Assembly (NCBI GenBank): GCA_040756235.1
Contig: JBFLZG010000126.1
Coordinates: 1-64,000 of the forward strand
Source of the DNA: a bacterium
Lineage (GTDB): Bacteria; Desulfobacterota; DSWW01
Length of the DNA stretch: 64,000 nt
Direction: 5' to 3'
Numbering within the stretch: position 1 is the stretch's first letter; each line of letters starts with the position of its first letter. A model generated the notes under the pieces. That model did no database searches and was not told where the DNA came from. It saw only the letters and a list, made by a program, of their open reading frames with translations. Both the position numbers and the translations under genes were made by a program. This document shows, one piece after another, positions 35,352 to 46,103 of this stretch.

Positions 35352-38303
35352 ATGGAAGCTCCAGGTCTGACGGCTGCGGCGGCAGGAGCTCGGGGAGCCG
35401 CATCTCTTGCCCGGAGCCTTGCGCAGATCGTGGGCGCGGACCGGGTAACGGTCGATCCGGGGCGGATCTCAGCCTATCTTCCAACGGCGACGGTACAGGC
35501 GGCCGGCCTGGCGGCCGTGGAGCCGGCGTCGACCGAAGAAGTGCAGCAGGTGTTGGTCCTGGCCGGCCGTCTGGGCGTTCCTGTCTTTACGCTCTCCGAT
35601 CGCACCCTGGATGCGTCCCTGGATCTGGGCCGGGGCGGGGTCGTTTTGGACATGCGCAGGATGCAGGCGATCGTTAAGCTCGACCAGCGGAACCTGCTCG
35701 TCCACGTGGAGCGGGGGGTGACGTTCCGGGCTTTGCGGGAGGCCCTCGATGCCGAAGGGCTGAAGGCGGCCGCGCCTCTGGCCGCCGCGTCCGAGTCGGT
35801 CCTCTGCAACTTCGTCAACCGCGCGCCTCTCAAGAAGGCCACGCTCTATCCCCAGCCGCACGTGTTCAATCTCCAGGTGGTCCTGGCGGACGGGCGGCTG
35901 TTCAGGACCGGCAGCCACGCCTTGAACGAGCTCGAGGATTGCCGTGACGACGGAGGCCCGAGCCTGAGCCGCTGGCACCTGGCGAGCGAAGACATCTTCG
36001 GCGTGGTGACCCGGGCCACGGTGTGCCTCTATCCCAAGGCCGAGTGCCGGGATGCGCTGCTGTTCGGGTTCGATCGGCCGGAGGATGCGGTGCGGGTGTT
36101 GCGCAACGTGCCGCGGACCGAGCTGGGCTGGGAGTGGCTGGCCGTGAACCGCCGCTTTGCCGGCCATCTGCTCGGCGAGAGGAGCCCTGCCCTGCCGGCC
36201 TGGACGGTGGTCGTGGGATTCGATCATTGCAGAAGGCTGGTGGAGTACCAGAAGGGGAAAGTCGCAGAGATCGTTGAGAAGCTGGGCGGCCGGCCTCTCG
36301 GGGCTCATGGGGAAACGTTCGCCAGGCTGTTGGACGAGGTGTGGTACCAGGCTTCCGAGCTCCACACAGGGTACTACTGCGGGTGCGACCGCGCCGTCGA
36401 GCTGGACGCGGTGGTCCGCAGGCACGTCGTGCGCGCCGGGCTCTCACCCGAAGATGCGGGGCAGTGCCTACTCTCGATCAACCGGGGCCGCTGCCTGTAC
36501 GCCCAATACGACCTGTTTGCGGAGCCCGGCTCCCATCCGCGGCTCGTCGCAGCGATCGAGAAGGAGCTTTGCGGTCTGGGGGCGTTTTTCGACAGGCCGC
36601 GGGGAGCTCTCGCTGCCGACGTGCTGGGCCGCGTGCCGAACCTGCACAAGCACCTGGCCACCATCAAGGCGGTGGTGGACCCTCTGGGGGTCCTGAACCC
36701 CGGCCGCTACGTACGGCACGGCGATCCGGTCTATGAGGCGCTTCCGGTCGCCTGTGCGTGCGCCGAGGACACGGGAATCGAGCCCGGGAACCTCGAAGCG
36801 GCGGAGCGCAAGCTCCGGGATGTCGTCGGCGCCGAGTGGGTGAGCTCGAACCCGGCGGATCTCGCTGCCTATGGGAGGGACTTCACCATCTATTCGGGTG
36901 AGCGGCCGAACATCGTGGTCCTGCCCACGAGCACGGAAGAGGTTCAGGGCGTGGTCAGGATCGCCTACGAGCACAAGATCCCGGTCGTCCCTTTGTCGAC
37001 CGGGTTCAACCACGGGGGGCTGACGGTGCCGAGGAAGGGCGGGATCCTGGTCGATCTGAAACGCATGAACCGCCTCCTGGAGATCGACGAGGCGACCATG
37101 ACCGCCACCTTCGAGCCCGGCGTCAGGATGCGATCCCTCTGGTACGAGGCCCACAAGACCGAGACCTTCGGCGGCATCCAGCTTAAGCCGATCCTGCCCC
37201 TGACCCTGGCGAGCATTTCGCTCCTGAGCAATTACGTCTCCCGGGGAGGGCCGGGCAGCATGGTGAAGTACGGGATGGGGATGGACCTCACTGTGAACAT
37301 GACGTGGGTGCTGCCCAACGGCGAGATCTTCCGCACCGGTCCCTCTTCCGTCCCGGGGGTGGGCAAGCTCGGGCTCAACTGGGGACCGGGGCCGGACATT
37401 ACGGGGATGTTCTTCAACGCGGACGGCGCCTTCGGGATCTGCACCGAGATCACGACCCAGCTCTACCCGGACATGCCCGAGGAACAGATCATCCAGACCG
37501 CGGTGTTCGACGAGGACCCTGTGGGCTGCCGCAAGGCTTGCGACATCATGTACGAGGTCTGCCAGGACAACCTCGTCGAGTTCATCTACAAGAGCCACCC
37601 GGGCGTGATGTGCGTCATGCTCGCCGGCGTCATGGGAGGGAAGCCCCAGGATTACATCCCCATGACTCCTCGGCATCCTCTCTTCATGATGGTGACCGGG
37701 ATGGATGAGGAGGAGATCCGGATCCGCGCGGACCTGGTCCGGGAAATCTTTTCGCGGCACGAGGTCATCGAGCTCGACGTGAGCATGCTCCCGCCCGAGT
37801 TCGCCGATACCTTTTCCACGGACCCCTGGAAGATGTCGCTCGGCCCGAAGAACGCCAACGTCGGGGCCTACCGGGGCGCCTTCCAGTGGCAGGCCGGCTA
37901 CATCCAGGTGGACAGGGTTCCGGAGATCAACCAGGAGTACAAGAAGCTCATCCGGAAGTACTGGAAGACCTCGGATTCGAGGATGACCGAGGAGACCTCC
38001 CTCACCGGCACCGACATCCAGGGGCCCATGCCCTATGCGCGGATGGGCACCATCGAGTTCGACTACTGGTGGGACCAGGGGAACCCGGAGTCGGTGAAGC
38101 GCGCGAGTGTGATGATTCGCAAGACCACCGAGCTGATGTTCCGGCACGGCGTCATCCCGATCCGGAACATGTTCGGATTCGGGGAGCTGCTGCTCCCCAG
38201 GCTCGCCGTGTACGAGGACCTCCTGAAGAAGGTGCGCGCCGCCTTCGACCCGGCCAACCTCATGCACCCGGACGTGCTTCCGGCAACGGACGATTACGTC
38301 TGA
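35352..38303 (+). CDS. FAD-linked oxidoreductase (VAO/PCMH/GlcD family), two modules in tandem
   Basis: RBS GAGGT; two copies of P.STEEVQ...GG...D..RM...E.GV, each ending in DP....(N/H)P. Confidence 0.85.
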   Translation: MEAPGLTAAAAGARGAASLARSLAQIVGADRVTVDPGRISAYLPTATVQAAGLAAVEPASTEEVQQVLVLAGRLGVPVFTLSDRTLDASLDLGRGGVVLDMRRMQAIVKLDQRNLLVHVERGVTFRALREALDAEGLKAAAPLAAASESVLCNFVNRAPLKKATLYPQPHVFNLQVVLADGRLFRTGSHALNELEDCRDDGGPSLSRWHLASEDIFGVVTRATVCLYPKAECRDALLFGFDRPEDAVRVLRNVPRTELGWEWLAVNRRFAGHLLGERSPALPAWTVVVGFDHCRRLVEYQKGKVAEIVEKLGGRPLGAHGETFARLLDEVWYQASELHTGYYCGCDRAVELDAVVRRHVVRAGLSPEDAGQCLLSINRGRCLYAQYDLFAEPGSHPRLVAAIEKELCGLGAFFDRPRGALAADVLGRVPNLHKHLATIKAVVDPLGVLNPGRYVRHGDPVYEALPVACACAEDTGIEPGNLEAAERKLRDVVGAEWVSSNPADLAAYGRDFTIYSGERPNIVVLPTSTEEVQGVVRIAYEHKIPVVPLSTGFNHGGLTVPRKGGILVDLKRMNRLLEIDEATMTATFEPGVRMRSLWYEAHKTETFGGIQLKPILPLTLASISLLSNYVSRGGPGSMVKYGMGMDLTVNMTWVLPNGEIFRTGPSSVPGVGKLGLNWGPGPDITGMFFNADGAFGICTEITTQLYPDMPEEQIIQTAVFDEDPVGCRKACDIMYEVCQDNLVEFIYKSHPGVMCVMLAGVMGGKPQDYIPMTPRHPLFMMVTGMDEEEIRIRADLVREIFSRHEVIELDVSMLPPEFADTFSTDPWKMSLGPKNANVGAYRGAFQWQAGYIQVDRVPEINQEYKKLIRKYWKTSDSRMTEETSLTGTDIQGPMPYARMGTIEFDYWWDQGNPESVKRASVMIRKTTELMFRHGVIPIRNMFGFGELLLPRLAVYEDLLKKVRAAFDPANLMHPDVLPATDDYV

Positions 38304-38622
38304 AGGAGGCCGGCTCCCCCCTGCCGACCTGCAGCCGCGCAGAGCGCCCTTGGGCAGGATGGCGCATGGCGTGCCGCATCGCAGGGGCGCCGCCTGCGGC
38401 GCCTGACGAGCAGCTCATTCCCGGGATCCGGTCCCCGCTCCACCAAAGCCTCGCGACCTCACTGGGCGACGCAGGCGGCGCTCCTGCGAGAGCTCGGTGC
38501 TCTGCCGAGTTGCCGCATCCTGCCCGAATGCATCCAACAGACGAGGGCCTGAGTGAGATCGGCCCCGCAAGGGCTCGATTTCAACACGGCCTCCATCCAG
38601 ATGAAACGTGGGAGAGGATGCC

Positions 38623-39666
38623 ATGAAGGACGGGATCGAGCGAGCCCTGAGGTTCATGCATGGCCAGGGCTTCGGGCAGGAAGGCAATCAGGCGCGCGAG
38701 GTCACGGGCCCGCGAGCCGCGGACACCGAGTTGCTCGACGCGTACTCGCGGGCGGTCATGTCGGTCGTGGAGACGGTCGGCCCGGCGGTCGTGAGCATCT
38801 CGATCGGAGGCGTGCGGGTCAGGCGGGAGCCGGAGCAGGTCGGCGCCGGCTCGGGTGTGATCATCGCGCCGGACGGGTACGTCCTCACGAACGAGCACGT
38901 GGTCCATCGCGCCGGTCGTCTGACGGCAACGCTGGCCGACGGCAGAGTGCTCGGGGCCGCGCTCGTGGGCGCGGACTCGGCCACCGATCTGGCGGTGATT
39001 CGAGCGACCGGATCGAATCTGCCCTTTGCCGTCTTGGGGGACTCGGATCATCTCAGGGTCGGGCAGCTCGTCATCGCGATCGGAAATCCGTTCGGATTCC
39101 AGTCCACGGTCTCCACCGGCGTGGTGAGCGCCCTGGGCCGGGCCCTGCGCAGCCTGCAGGGGCCGCTCATCGAGAGCATCATTCAGCACACCGCCCCTCT
39201 CAACCCGGGCAACTCCGGCGGGCCGCTGGTCGATTCCAGGGGCCGCATCGCCGGGATCAACACGGCGATCATCGCGGCGGCCCAGGGGATCGGCTTTGCC
39301 ATTCCCTCCAACACGGCCCGCTGGGTCGTGTCGCAGCTCCTGACCCATGGCAGGGTGCGCCGCGGTTTCCTGGGGATCGCCGGCCGCCAGCGGCCGCTGG
39401 ACCGGCGGATCGTGCGGTTCCACGGTCTGGCGGCGGAGTTCGCGGTCGAGGTCATCTCGGTCGAGCAGCAGGGCCCTGCCGCCCGGGCGGGCATGCAGGC
39501 CGGGGACCTGATCGTGGCCATCGACGGCAAGGTCGTCGCCAGCGTCGACGACCTGCACCGGTTCCTGGCGGAGTGGAGGTTGGGCGATGCCGTGACGCTG
39601 AACGTCGTCCGCGGCCGCGAGCGGCTCGATCTCGAGGTAACGCCGGCCGAAGAGCCGAAGGGTTGA
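38623..39666 (+). CDS. HtrA/DegP-like serine protease with a single PDZ domain
   Basis: GSGVI, TNEHVV, TDLAV, AIGNPFG, NPGNSGGPL, C-terminal PDZ. Confidence 0.92.
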   Translation: MKDGIERALRFMHGQGFGQEGNQAREVTGPRAADTELLDAYSRAVMSVVETVGPAVVSISIGGVRVRREPEQVGAGSGVIIAPDGYVLTNEHVVHRAGRLTATLADGRVLGAALVGADSATDLAVIRATGSNLPFAVLGDSDHLRVGQLVIAIGNPFGFQSTVSTGVVSALGRALRSLQGPLIESIIQHTAPLNPGNSGGPLVDSRGRIAGINTAIIAAAQGIGFAIPSNTARWVVSQLLTHGRVRRGFLGIAGRQRPLDRRIVRFHGLAAEFAVEVISVEQQGPAARAGMQAGDLIVAIDGKVVASVDDLHRFLAEWRLGDAVTLNVVRGRERLDLEVTPAEEPKG

Positions 39667-39977
39667 AGAAGAACAGCTGCTGCTCTTCAGTTGTCAGTAG
39701 CGAGGACAGCAGACCGCTTGGATCTGTTCTCAGATGCGGAGCTCTCCGCAGATGTGTGGCGGGTGTGCGCACGAGGAGTCGAGGGCGAGTCGCGGAGGCC
39801 GTCCCGAGCTCCGACCGGCCGGTGGACCGCAGCGCTGTTCCTCGTTATCTCGCCCTCTGGCCCGATTTTCGGGCCAGGCGATGTGCCCCATGAACACCCG
39901 GCCCGGAGCGAGGGACGAAAAGCGGGCCCTGCCCGAAGGGCCGCAGTCTCCGACCGTTGGGAGGAGAAGGGCCGGAG

Positions 39978-40025
39978 CGTTCTGAGCCCGAGACGATCGA
40001 GGGCGCTGCACCCGCCGCACGTAAC
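39978..40025. repeat. 48-nt dispersed repeat (copy 1)
   Basis: 45/48 identical to 60141-60188. Confidence 0.75.
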
Positions 40026-40094
40026 CCGTTACGGCATCTCCAATCGGCGTATCGTCCCGCTCGCGGTCCTGCGGGCACCAGCCAAGCAGCGTCC

Positions 40095-43000
40095 CTACAC
40101 CGGTTGGCCGGGTGATCCCTCCCCTGCCCCTTGCCGCTCCGGCTGGATCTCCTTGTTCCGATAGACGAGAAAGTAGAAGACCGGCACCACGATCAGAGAG
40201 AACAGGGTGGAGGCGAAGATCCCGAAAATGAACGACCAGGCCAGGCCGGAGAAGATCGGGTCCAGGGTGATGACCCAGGAGCCGAACAGCGCGGCCCCCG
40301 CAGTGAGCAGGATGGGCCGGGTCCGGATCGCGCCCGCCTCGATGATGGCTTCTTTCAGGCTTCTCCCTCCCTGCGCCATGAGGACGTGGATGAAGTCGAT
40401 CAGGATGATCGAGTTGCGCACCACGATCCCGGCCAGGGCGATCATGCCGATCATGCCGGTGGCGGTGAAGAAGACCGGCGTGCCGTACGGGCCGATCGGC
40501 CGGTCGAGAATCAGGTTGAGGATGGCGAACCCCGGCATGATGCCGATGACCGTCAACGGAATGGCCACCATGATGATCACGGGAATGATGAGCGATCCGG
40601 TCTGGGCCACGAGCAGAACGTAGATGAGGGCCAGGGCCACGCCGAAGGCGATCCCCAGGTCGCGGAAGACGTCGAGGGTGATCTTCCACTCGCCTTCTCC
40701 TCTCCAGTTCACGCTGAATCCCGGCGGCAGCGGATTCTGCTCCAGATGCTTCTGCATGGAGAGGATCGCCACGGCCGGGCTGACCCCGGCGGTCTCTCCC
40801 ATGACATAGACGACCGGCTTCAGGTTCTTGTGATAGATCGTCTTCTCCGCCGTCGTGTTGCGCAGACTGCCGAGCTCGGCCAGGGAGACCATCTCGCCTT
40901 TGGCCCCTTTGACGTACAGGCGCAGAATGTCGTCTGCATGAGACCGTTTGGCCTCGGGCAGCCGCGCCACGATGGCCAGGGGGCTGCGCTCTCCGGGAAG
41001 GTGGATGGTGCCGCCGGGCTGCCCTTCCAGGGCGAGTTGGACGCAGCGGGCGATCCCCTCGGGCGTGACGCCGTGCTGGGCCGCCTTGTCGCGGTCCACG
41101 AGAAAGTGGACCTTCTGCTGGTCGGCCTCGGTCGAGTCGTCCACGTCGACCACGCCGCGGGTCTGCGCGAACAGGCTGCGGACCCTTCTCGAGACGCGCG
41201 TCAGGTCCGCATAGCCGGCGTCCTCGGGGCCGTAGAGTTCGGCCACGATCGTGGCGAACACCGGAGGACCCGGCGGCATTTCCACGATCTTGAGGTTCGC
41301 CCCGTACTGCCGACCGATGTCTTCCACGGCGGGCCGGATGCGCAGGGCGATCTCGTGGCTCTGGTGCTTGCGCCGGTGCTTGTCTGCGAGGTTCACGCGG
41401 ATGTCGGCCACGTGGTCTCCCTTGCGCAGGTAATACTGCCGGACCATGCCGTTGAAATCGAAGGGGCCTGCCGCCCCGACGTACGTCTCGTAGTCCGTGA
41501 CTTCGGCGACCGTGGCCAGATAGCGGCCGAGCGCCCGGCCCACCGTGTCGGTCTGCTCGAGGGTGGTGCCCTCGGGCATGTCGACGACGATCTGGAGCTC
41601 GCTCTTGTTGTCGTAGGGGAGCATCTTCAAAGGCACGAGCCCGAGAGCCACCAGACCCGCGGACAACAGGAAGGCGGCGAGCACGGCCAGAAGAAAGCCC
41701 CACCCGAGCGAGGGGCGGTCGAGCATCGGCAGCAGGACCCTGCGGTAGAGCTGCTTCAGCCGGCGCGACTCCTCCTCCCCTGCCCCGGAGGGGTCGTGCG
41801 CAGGCCTGTCGTACTCCCTCTTGAGGAGATGGTAAGAGGCCCAGGGCGTGACGGTGAAGGCGACGACCAGGCTCATGAGCATCGCCATGGGTACGTTGAA
41901 AGGCATGGGGCGCATGTAGGGGCCCATCATGCCGGTCACGAAGAACATCGGCAGGAAGGAGACGATGACCGTGAAGGTCGCCAGGATCACGGGCGGCCGG
42001 ACTTCGTCCACGGCGACGAGCGTGGCGTCGAGGGGGGGGTGTTTGCGCAAGCGGAAGTGGCGGTGGATGTTCTCGACGTCCACGATGGGGTCGTCGACCA
42101 GCAGTCCCAGGGAGAGGATGAGCGCGAACAGAGTCACCCGGTTGATCGTGTACCCCACGACCAGATCTCCCAGGAGTGTGACGGCCAGGGTGAGCGGCAC
42201 GGCCAGGGCGACGATGATCGCCTCTCTCCAGCCCAGGGCAAAGGCGATGAGCACCACGATCGTGGCGACCGCGATCCCGAGGTGATCGACCAGCTCGTTG
42301 ACCTTCTCGTTGGCAGTCTTGCCGTAGTTCCGGGTCACCTGGACGGCGACGCCCCGGGGCAGCAGGTCCTGCCGCAGGGCGCGCACCCGCTCCAGGACCT
42401 GGTCGGCCACGCGCACCGCGTTGGAGCCCTTGCGTTTGGCGATGGCCAGGGTCACGGCCGGCCGCTCTTCGCCTTGGCTTACGCGCCCCGGCACGAGGGC
42501 CGTCTCCGCGCCGTGGTCCGCGCCCGCCGCCGGCCCGAAGCCGATGCGCGTGTAGGACGCGTATTCGGCCGGGCCGTCCACGACCTCGGCCACGTCCCGG
42601 ACGTGGACCGGCCTGCCCTGGTAGACCCCCACGACGGCCCCTTCCACTTCCTGGGCCCGGTGGAAGAAGGGGCCCACGTCCACAAGGATCGCCTCGTTGT
42701 CGTACCGCATGGAGCCCGCGGGCACATTCACGTTCTGGCCGACGAGAGCCTGGCGCACCTCCAGGGCGCACAGATTGTGGGCCGCCAGCCTCTCGGGATC
42801 GAGCAGGACGCGCACCTCCCTGGGCCTGCCGCCCACGATGAAGGACCGGGACGTGTTCACGATTTCCTGCAGGCGGGAAAGGACCTCCTCGGCGATGCGC
42901 CGGAGGTCGTAGTCGTCCAGCTCGGCGCCCTGGTCGGGGTAGAAGGTGAGCGTGACGATCGGCACGTCGTCGATGCCGATCGGCTTGACGATCCAGCGGT

Positions 43001-43394
43001 CGACGATGGGAGGGATCCGGTCGAGGTTGCTCATCATCTTGTTGTAGATCTTGATGAGCGCATCCTCCCGGTTCTCGCCCACCAGGAAGCGGACCGTTGC
43101 GACAGCCGTGCCGGAGCGGGAAAAGCTGTAGACGTACTCGACGCCCTCGATCTCCCACAGGAGCGTCTCCAGCGGCTTGGCTACGAGTTTTTCGACTTCT
43201 GCGGCCGTGGCTCCGGGGGCGCTGACCTGGACGTCCGCCACCGGGACCTCGATCTGCGGCTCCTCCTCCCTGGGTGTCACCAGGAGCGCCAGAACGCCGC
43301 TGAGGAGGGCGGCGATCATGAACAGAATCGAGAGCTTGGAGGTGAGGAACACCCTGACGATTCTGGCGGCGAGCCCGAGCTTGTCCTCGCTCAT
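40095..43394 (-). CDS. RND efflux permease (AcrB/AcrD/AcrF family)
   Basis: 1099 aa; PREEEPQI, GLLVDDPIV.VENI, GIVVRNSIILIDF, RTRPILLT. Confidence 0.95.
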   Translation of the reverse strand: MSEDKLGLAARIVRVFLTSKLSILFMIAALLSGVLALLVTPREEEPQIEVPVADVQVSAPGATAAEVEKLVAKPLETLLWEIEGVEYVYSFSRSGTAVATVRFLVGENREDALIKIYNKMMSNLDRIPPIVDRWIVKPIGIDDVPIVTLTFYPDQGAELDDYDLRRIAEEVLSRLQEIVNTSRSFIVGGRPREVRVLLDPERLAAHNLCALEVRQALVGQNVNVPAGSMRYDNEAILVDVGPFFHRAQEVEGAVVGVYQGRPVHVRDVAEVVDGPAEYASYTRIGFGPAAGADHGAETALVPGRVSQGEERPAVTLAIAKRKGSNAVRVADQVLERVRALRQDLLPRGVAVQVTRNYGKTANEKVNELVDHLGIAVATIVVLIAFALGWREAIIVALAVPLTLAVTLLGDLVVGYTINRVTLFALILSLGLLVDDPIVDVENIHRHFRLRKHPPLDATLVAVDEVRPPVILATFTVIVSFLPMFFVTGMMGPYMRPMPFNVPMAMLMSLVVAFTVTPWASYHLLKREYDRPAHDPSGAGEEESRRLKQLYRRVLLPMLDRPSLGWGFLLAVLAAFLLSAGLVALGLVPLKMLPYDNKSELQIVVDMPEGTTLEQTDTVGRALGRYLATVAEVTDYETYVGAAGPFDFNGMVRQYYLRKGDHVADIRVNLADKHRRKHQSHEIALRIRPAVEDIGRQYGANLKIVEMPPGPPVFATIVAELYGPEDAGYADLTRVSRRVRSLFAQTRGVVDVDDSTEADQQKVHFLVDRDKAAQHGVTPEGIARCVQLALEGQPGGTIHLPGERSPLAIVARLPEAKRSHADDILRLYVKGAKGEMVSLAELGSLRNTTAEKTIYHKNLKPVVYVMGETAGVSPAVAILSMQKHLEQNPLPPGFSVNWRGEGEWKITLDVFRDLGIAFGVALALIYVLLVAQTGSLIIPVIIMVAIPLTVIGIMPGFAILNLILDRPIGPYGTPVFFTATGMIGMIALAGIVVRNSIILIDFIHVLMAQGGRSLKEAIIEAGAIRTRPILLTAGAALFGSWVITLDPIFSGLAWSFIFGIFASTLFSLIVVPVFYFLVYRNKEIQPERQGAGEGSPGQPV

Positions 43395-44533
43395 GACCCC
43401 TGCCCCCCTGCTGTCTCGGCCCCGGGATCCGCAGGTCCGTCCGGCTCGAGGACGCGCGGCGGCAGGAGGATGACCGATTCGCCTTCCCGCAGGCCCGACA
43501 GCACCTCGACCCTGTCGCCGTACATGCGTCCGGTCCGGATGTATCTTCTCTCCGGCGCCTGGTCAGGCCCGCCGACGACCCACACCAGCTCGATCGAGCT
43601 CACCGTCCGGACCGCTCGGCGCGAGCAGGTCAGCGGGGTCACCGATCCGGTCGGGATCTCGAGGCGGCCGAACATGCCGCTGCGCAGTCCGGGGTGCTGG
43701 GGAAGTGCAACTTTCACGAGGAAGCTCCGGGTCAGAGGGTCGGCGGCCGGAACCTTCTCCTCCACCTCTCCCGTGAGCTCGACGTTGAGCGCATCGATTC
43801 CCACGCGCAGAGGCGCCCCAAGCTGGATCGTTCCGGCCAGCCCTTCCCGGACCGCGGCCTCCAAGCGCAGCGCCCCGGCCTCCTGGATCGTGAGGATCGG
43901 TCTTCCAGGTGAAGCCATGTCTCCGACGTTCATGGATTTCTCCACCACGAACCCGCTGATCGGAGACTCGATGGCGGTGTAGCCGAGGGTGACCTCCGCT
44001 TCGCGCAGAGCCTCCCGGGCGCCGCGGAGCTTCGCCTCCGCGGCCCGGTAGGCGGCCAGCACCGACTCGAACTGCTGCTGGGGTACCGCGCCCTGCTCGC
44101 GCAGGCGCATGAACCGCTCGTAATCGGAGGAAGATCGCTGGAGCTCGCTCTGCGCCTGGGACACGGCGGAACGAGCCTGCTCCATCCGGGCCCGAATGTC
44201 GCGGTCGTCGAGCCTCGCGACCGTCCTGCCGCTTTCCACCCGGTCGCCTTCCCGGAAGGGCAGCTCGAGAAGGGTCCCCATGATGCGCGGCGCGATCAGA
44301 ACCTCTCTCGTGGCCCGGACCGTGCCCACGGCTTCTTCGGTGTTCACGAAGGTCGCGCGTCTGACGAGATCCACCTGATAGGGCCCCTTCGGCCCCTCGG
44401 GAGCGTAGGCCACCTCGCCGGGCGGAATCTTGTCTCCGCCCAGGATCCCCTGCATCCACAGCAGGATGAGGACGAGCCCGCCCAGGGACAGGGTGACGCC
44501 GATGATCTTGGACACGCGACGGGTCTTTTCCAT
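43391..44533 (-). CDS. RND membrane fusion protein
   Basis: N-terminal TM, lipoyl/hairpin pattern, I.SPISG.V, P.ADP.TRSF.VK, LRSGMFGR, EVLSGL. Confidence 0.92.
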   Translation of the reverse strand: MEKTRRVSKIIGVTLSLGGLVLILLWMQGILGGDKIPPGEVAYAPEGPKGPYQVDLVRRATFVNTEEAVGTVRATREVLIAPRIMGTLLELPFREGDRVESGRTVARLDDRDIRARMEQARSAVSQAQSELQRSSSDYERFMRLREQGAVPQQQFESVLAAYRAAEAKLRGAREALREAEVTLGYTAIESPISGFVVEKSMNVGDMASPGRPILTIQEAGALRLEAAVREGLAGTIQLGAPLRVGIDALNVELTGEVEEKVPAADPLTRSFLVKVALPQHPGLRSGMFGRLEIPTGSVTPLTCSRRAVRTVSSIELVWVVGGPDQAPERRYIRTGRMYGDRVEVLSGLREGESVILLPPRVLEPDGPADPGAETAGGQGS

Positions 44534-44681
44534 CTGGTTCCTCCATGCGGGTGTCGGGTGTCGGAAATCCGGTATCCGCCCCCCTCCGCCCGGCCGGGCG
44601 ATACGCTCACCGGCCTCGGATCGGCGCTCCGGCCGGGGCGCCGAGAACCCTGAATCCTCTTCCTGCGCCGTCCTTTCGAAC

Positions 44682-46103
44682 CTACGGTGTGATCGTGGTC
44701 TCCGGGCCTTCAGACCTGACAGGACGCGAGCCGGAAGCCCCCAGGGAGCGCGCGAGCTCTCCGGTGGCCAAGTCGAGCCTGGCCAGGGAGATGCGCAAGG
44801 CGTGGATGGCCTGGAGCCGCTGCAGGCGCGAGTGGGACAGGCTCAGCTGCGCCTGTTCCAGCTCGACGACCGTGGTCAGCCCTTCGCTGTACCGGTGCCG
44901 GACGATCCTCAGGTTCTCTTCTGCCTGGGACACCTGCTCCTGTGTGACCTGCAGACTCTCCCGGTTCGTCTGGAGCTCGGTCACCGCCTGTTCGATCTCG
45001 AGCCGCATGCGGTCTTCCAGGGTCCGCACCCGGTAGCGCACGGCCCGCTCATGGGCGGCCGCCTCTTTCAAACCGGCATAATCCCTGAGCCCTTCGAAAA
45101 GGCTCCACTCCAGGCCGACGCCGAGGAGGTAAGAACCTTCGAGATCGTCGGTGAAGCGCGGGGAGTTCCACTCGTAGCTGGCCTGGACGCCGAGCTGGGG
45201 CAGAAAGCTTCCTCTTGCCGCCCGCAGGCCCGCGGAAGCCGCTTCTGCCTGTGCCCCGAGAGAAACGTAATCCGGCCTTCTCTCTTTGGCGGACTCGAGC
45301 AGACGCCCGGGATCGAGCCCGGGGATCTCATCTTGCCCGGGGGTTGCCAGCGGGGAGACTTCCCAGCGGCCCTCGGGGCTGTCGCCGATCAGGATCCTGA
45401 GCGCGGTTTCCGCGACCTTGGCCTCTCCTCTGGCCCGCACGAGACGGTCCTGGAAGCCGGCCAGCCGAACCCTTGCAGACAGAAGGTCCGAGCGCACCAC
45501 CGTGCCTTCGGCGTGGAGGAGCTCGATCTGGCGAAGGCTTTCCTGAGCCGTGGCCACGGCCATCTCGGCGACACGCACGCTTTCCTCCGCAAGGGACAGA
45601 CCCCAGTAGGCCCGGATCGTCTGATACCCGACGTCCGCCACGGCGCCCTGCAGGTCCCACTGGGCCGATTCCCTCTCGTGCCTGGCCATGCGCAACCGGT
45701 TCTCTGCCCGGCCGCCCGTGAAGAGAGGTTGTTCGACGGACAGTCGGGTCTGAAAGTTGTCGAGGGAGTCCGGATCGTTGAGGCGGTTGAGGGCGAAGTC
45801 CTGCTGGGTGAAGCGGGACTGGTTGAGGAGGTTCCCGAAGCTGGCCACCGGTTGATCGGTGCGCGTGTAGAGCTCCTGGAAACCGACCCGCGGCAGGAAG
45901 CCCGAGAAGGCCGCCTGCTCCCGGGCCCGGGCAGCCTGGACCGTCTCTTCCACCGCCGAGACCGCGGGCGACTTGCGCAGGGCCTTTTCGACCGCCTCGT
46001 GGAGATCCAGTGCTGCGGCCGAACAGGAGCGGCCGGGCAGATGCCCGACGAGCAGGAGCAGCGACGAGACAACCCACAGGCGCCGGTCGTGCATCCGGAT
46101 CAT
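44682..46103 (-). CDS. TolC-family outer membrane efflux protein
   Basis: Signal peptide, LDL.EAV..AL..SP, EQPLFTGG, WSLFEG, RY.EG. Confidence 0.9.
   Translation of the reverse strand: MIRMHDRRLWVVSSLLLLVGHLPGRSCSAAALDLHEAVEKALRKSPAVSAVEETVQAARAREQAAFSGFLPRVGFQELYTRTDQPVASFGNLLNQSRFTQQDFALNRLNDPDSLDNFQTRLSVEQPLFTGGRAENRLRMARHERESAQWDLQGAVADVGYQTIRAYWGLSLAEESVRVAEMAVATAQESLRQIELLHAEGTVVRSDLLSARVRLAGFQDRLVRARGEAKVAETALRILIGDSPEGRWEVSPLATPGQDEIPGLDPGRLLESAKERRPDYVSLGAQAEAASAGLRAARGSFLPQLGVQASYEWNSPRFTDDLEGSYLLGVGLEWSLFEGLRDYAGLKEAAAHERAVRYRVRTLEDRMRLEIEQAVTELQTNRESLQVTQEQVSQAEENLRIVRHRYSEGLTTVVELEQAQLSLSHSRLQRLQAIHALRISLARLDLATGELARSLGASGSRPVRSEGPETTITP

Noticed and set aside
40131..43982. 1283-aa plus-strand ORF (and the 1142-aa alternate-frame ORF 39730-43158)
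   Set aside because: Shadow frames of the RND/MFP genes, expected at high GC; no recognisable motifs
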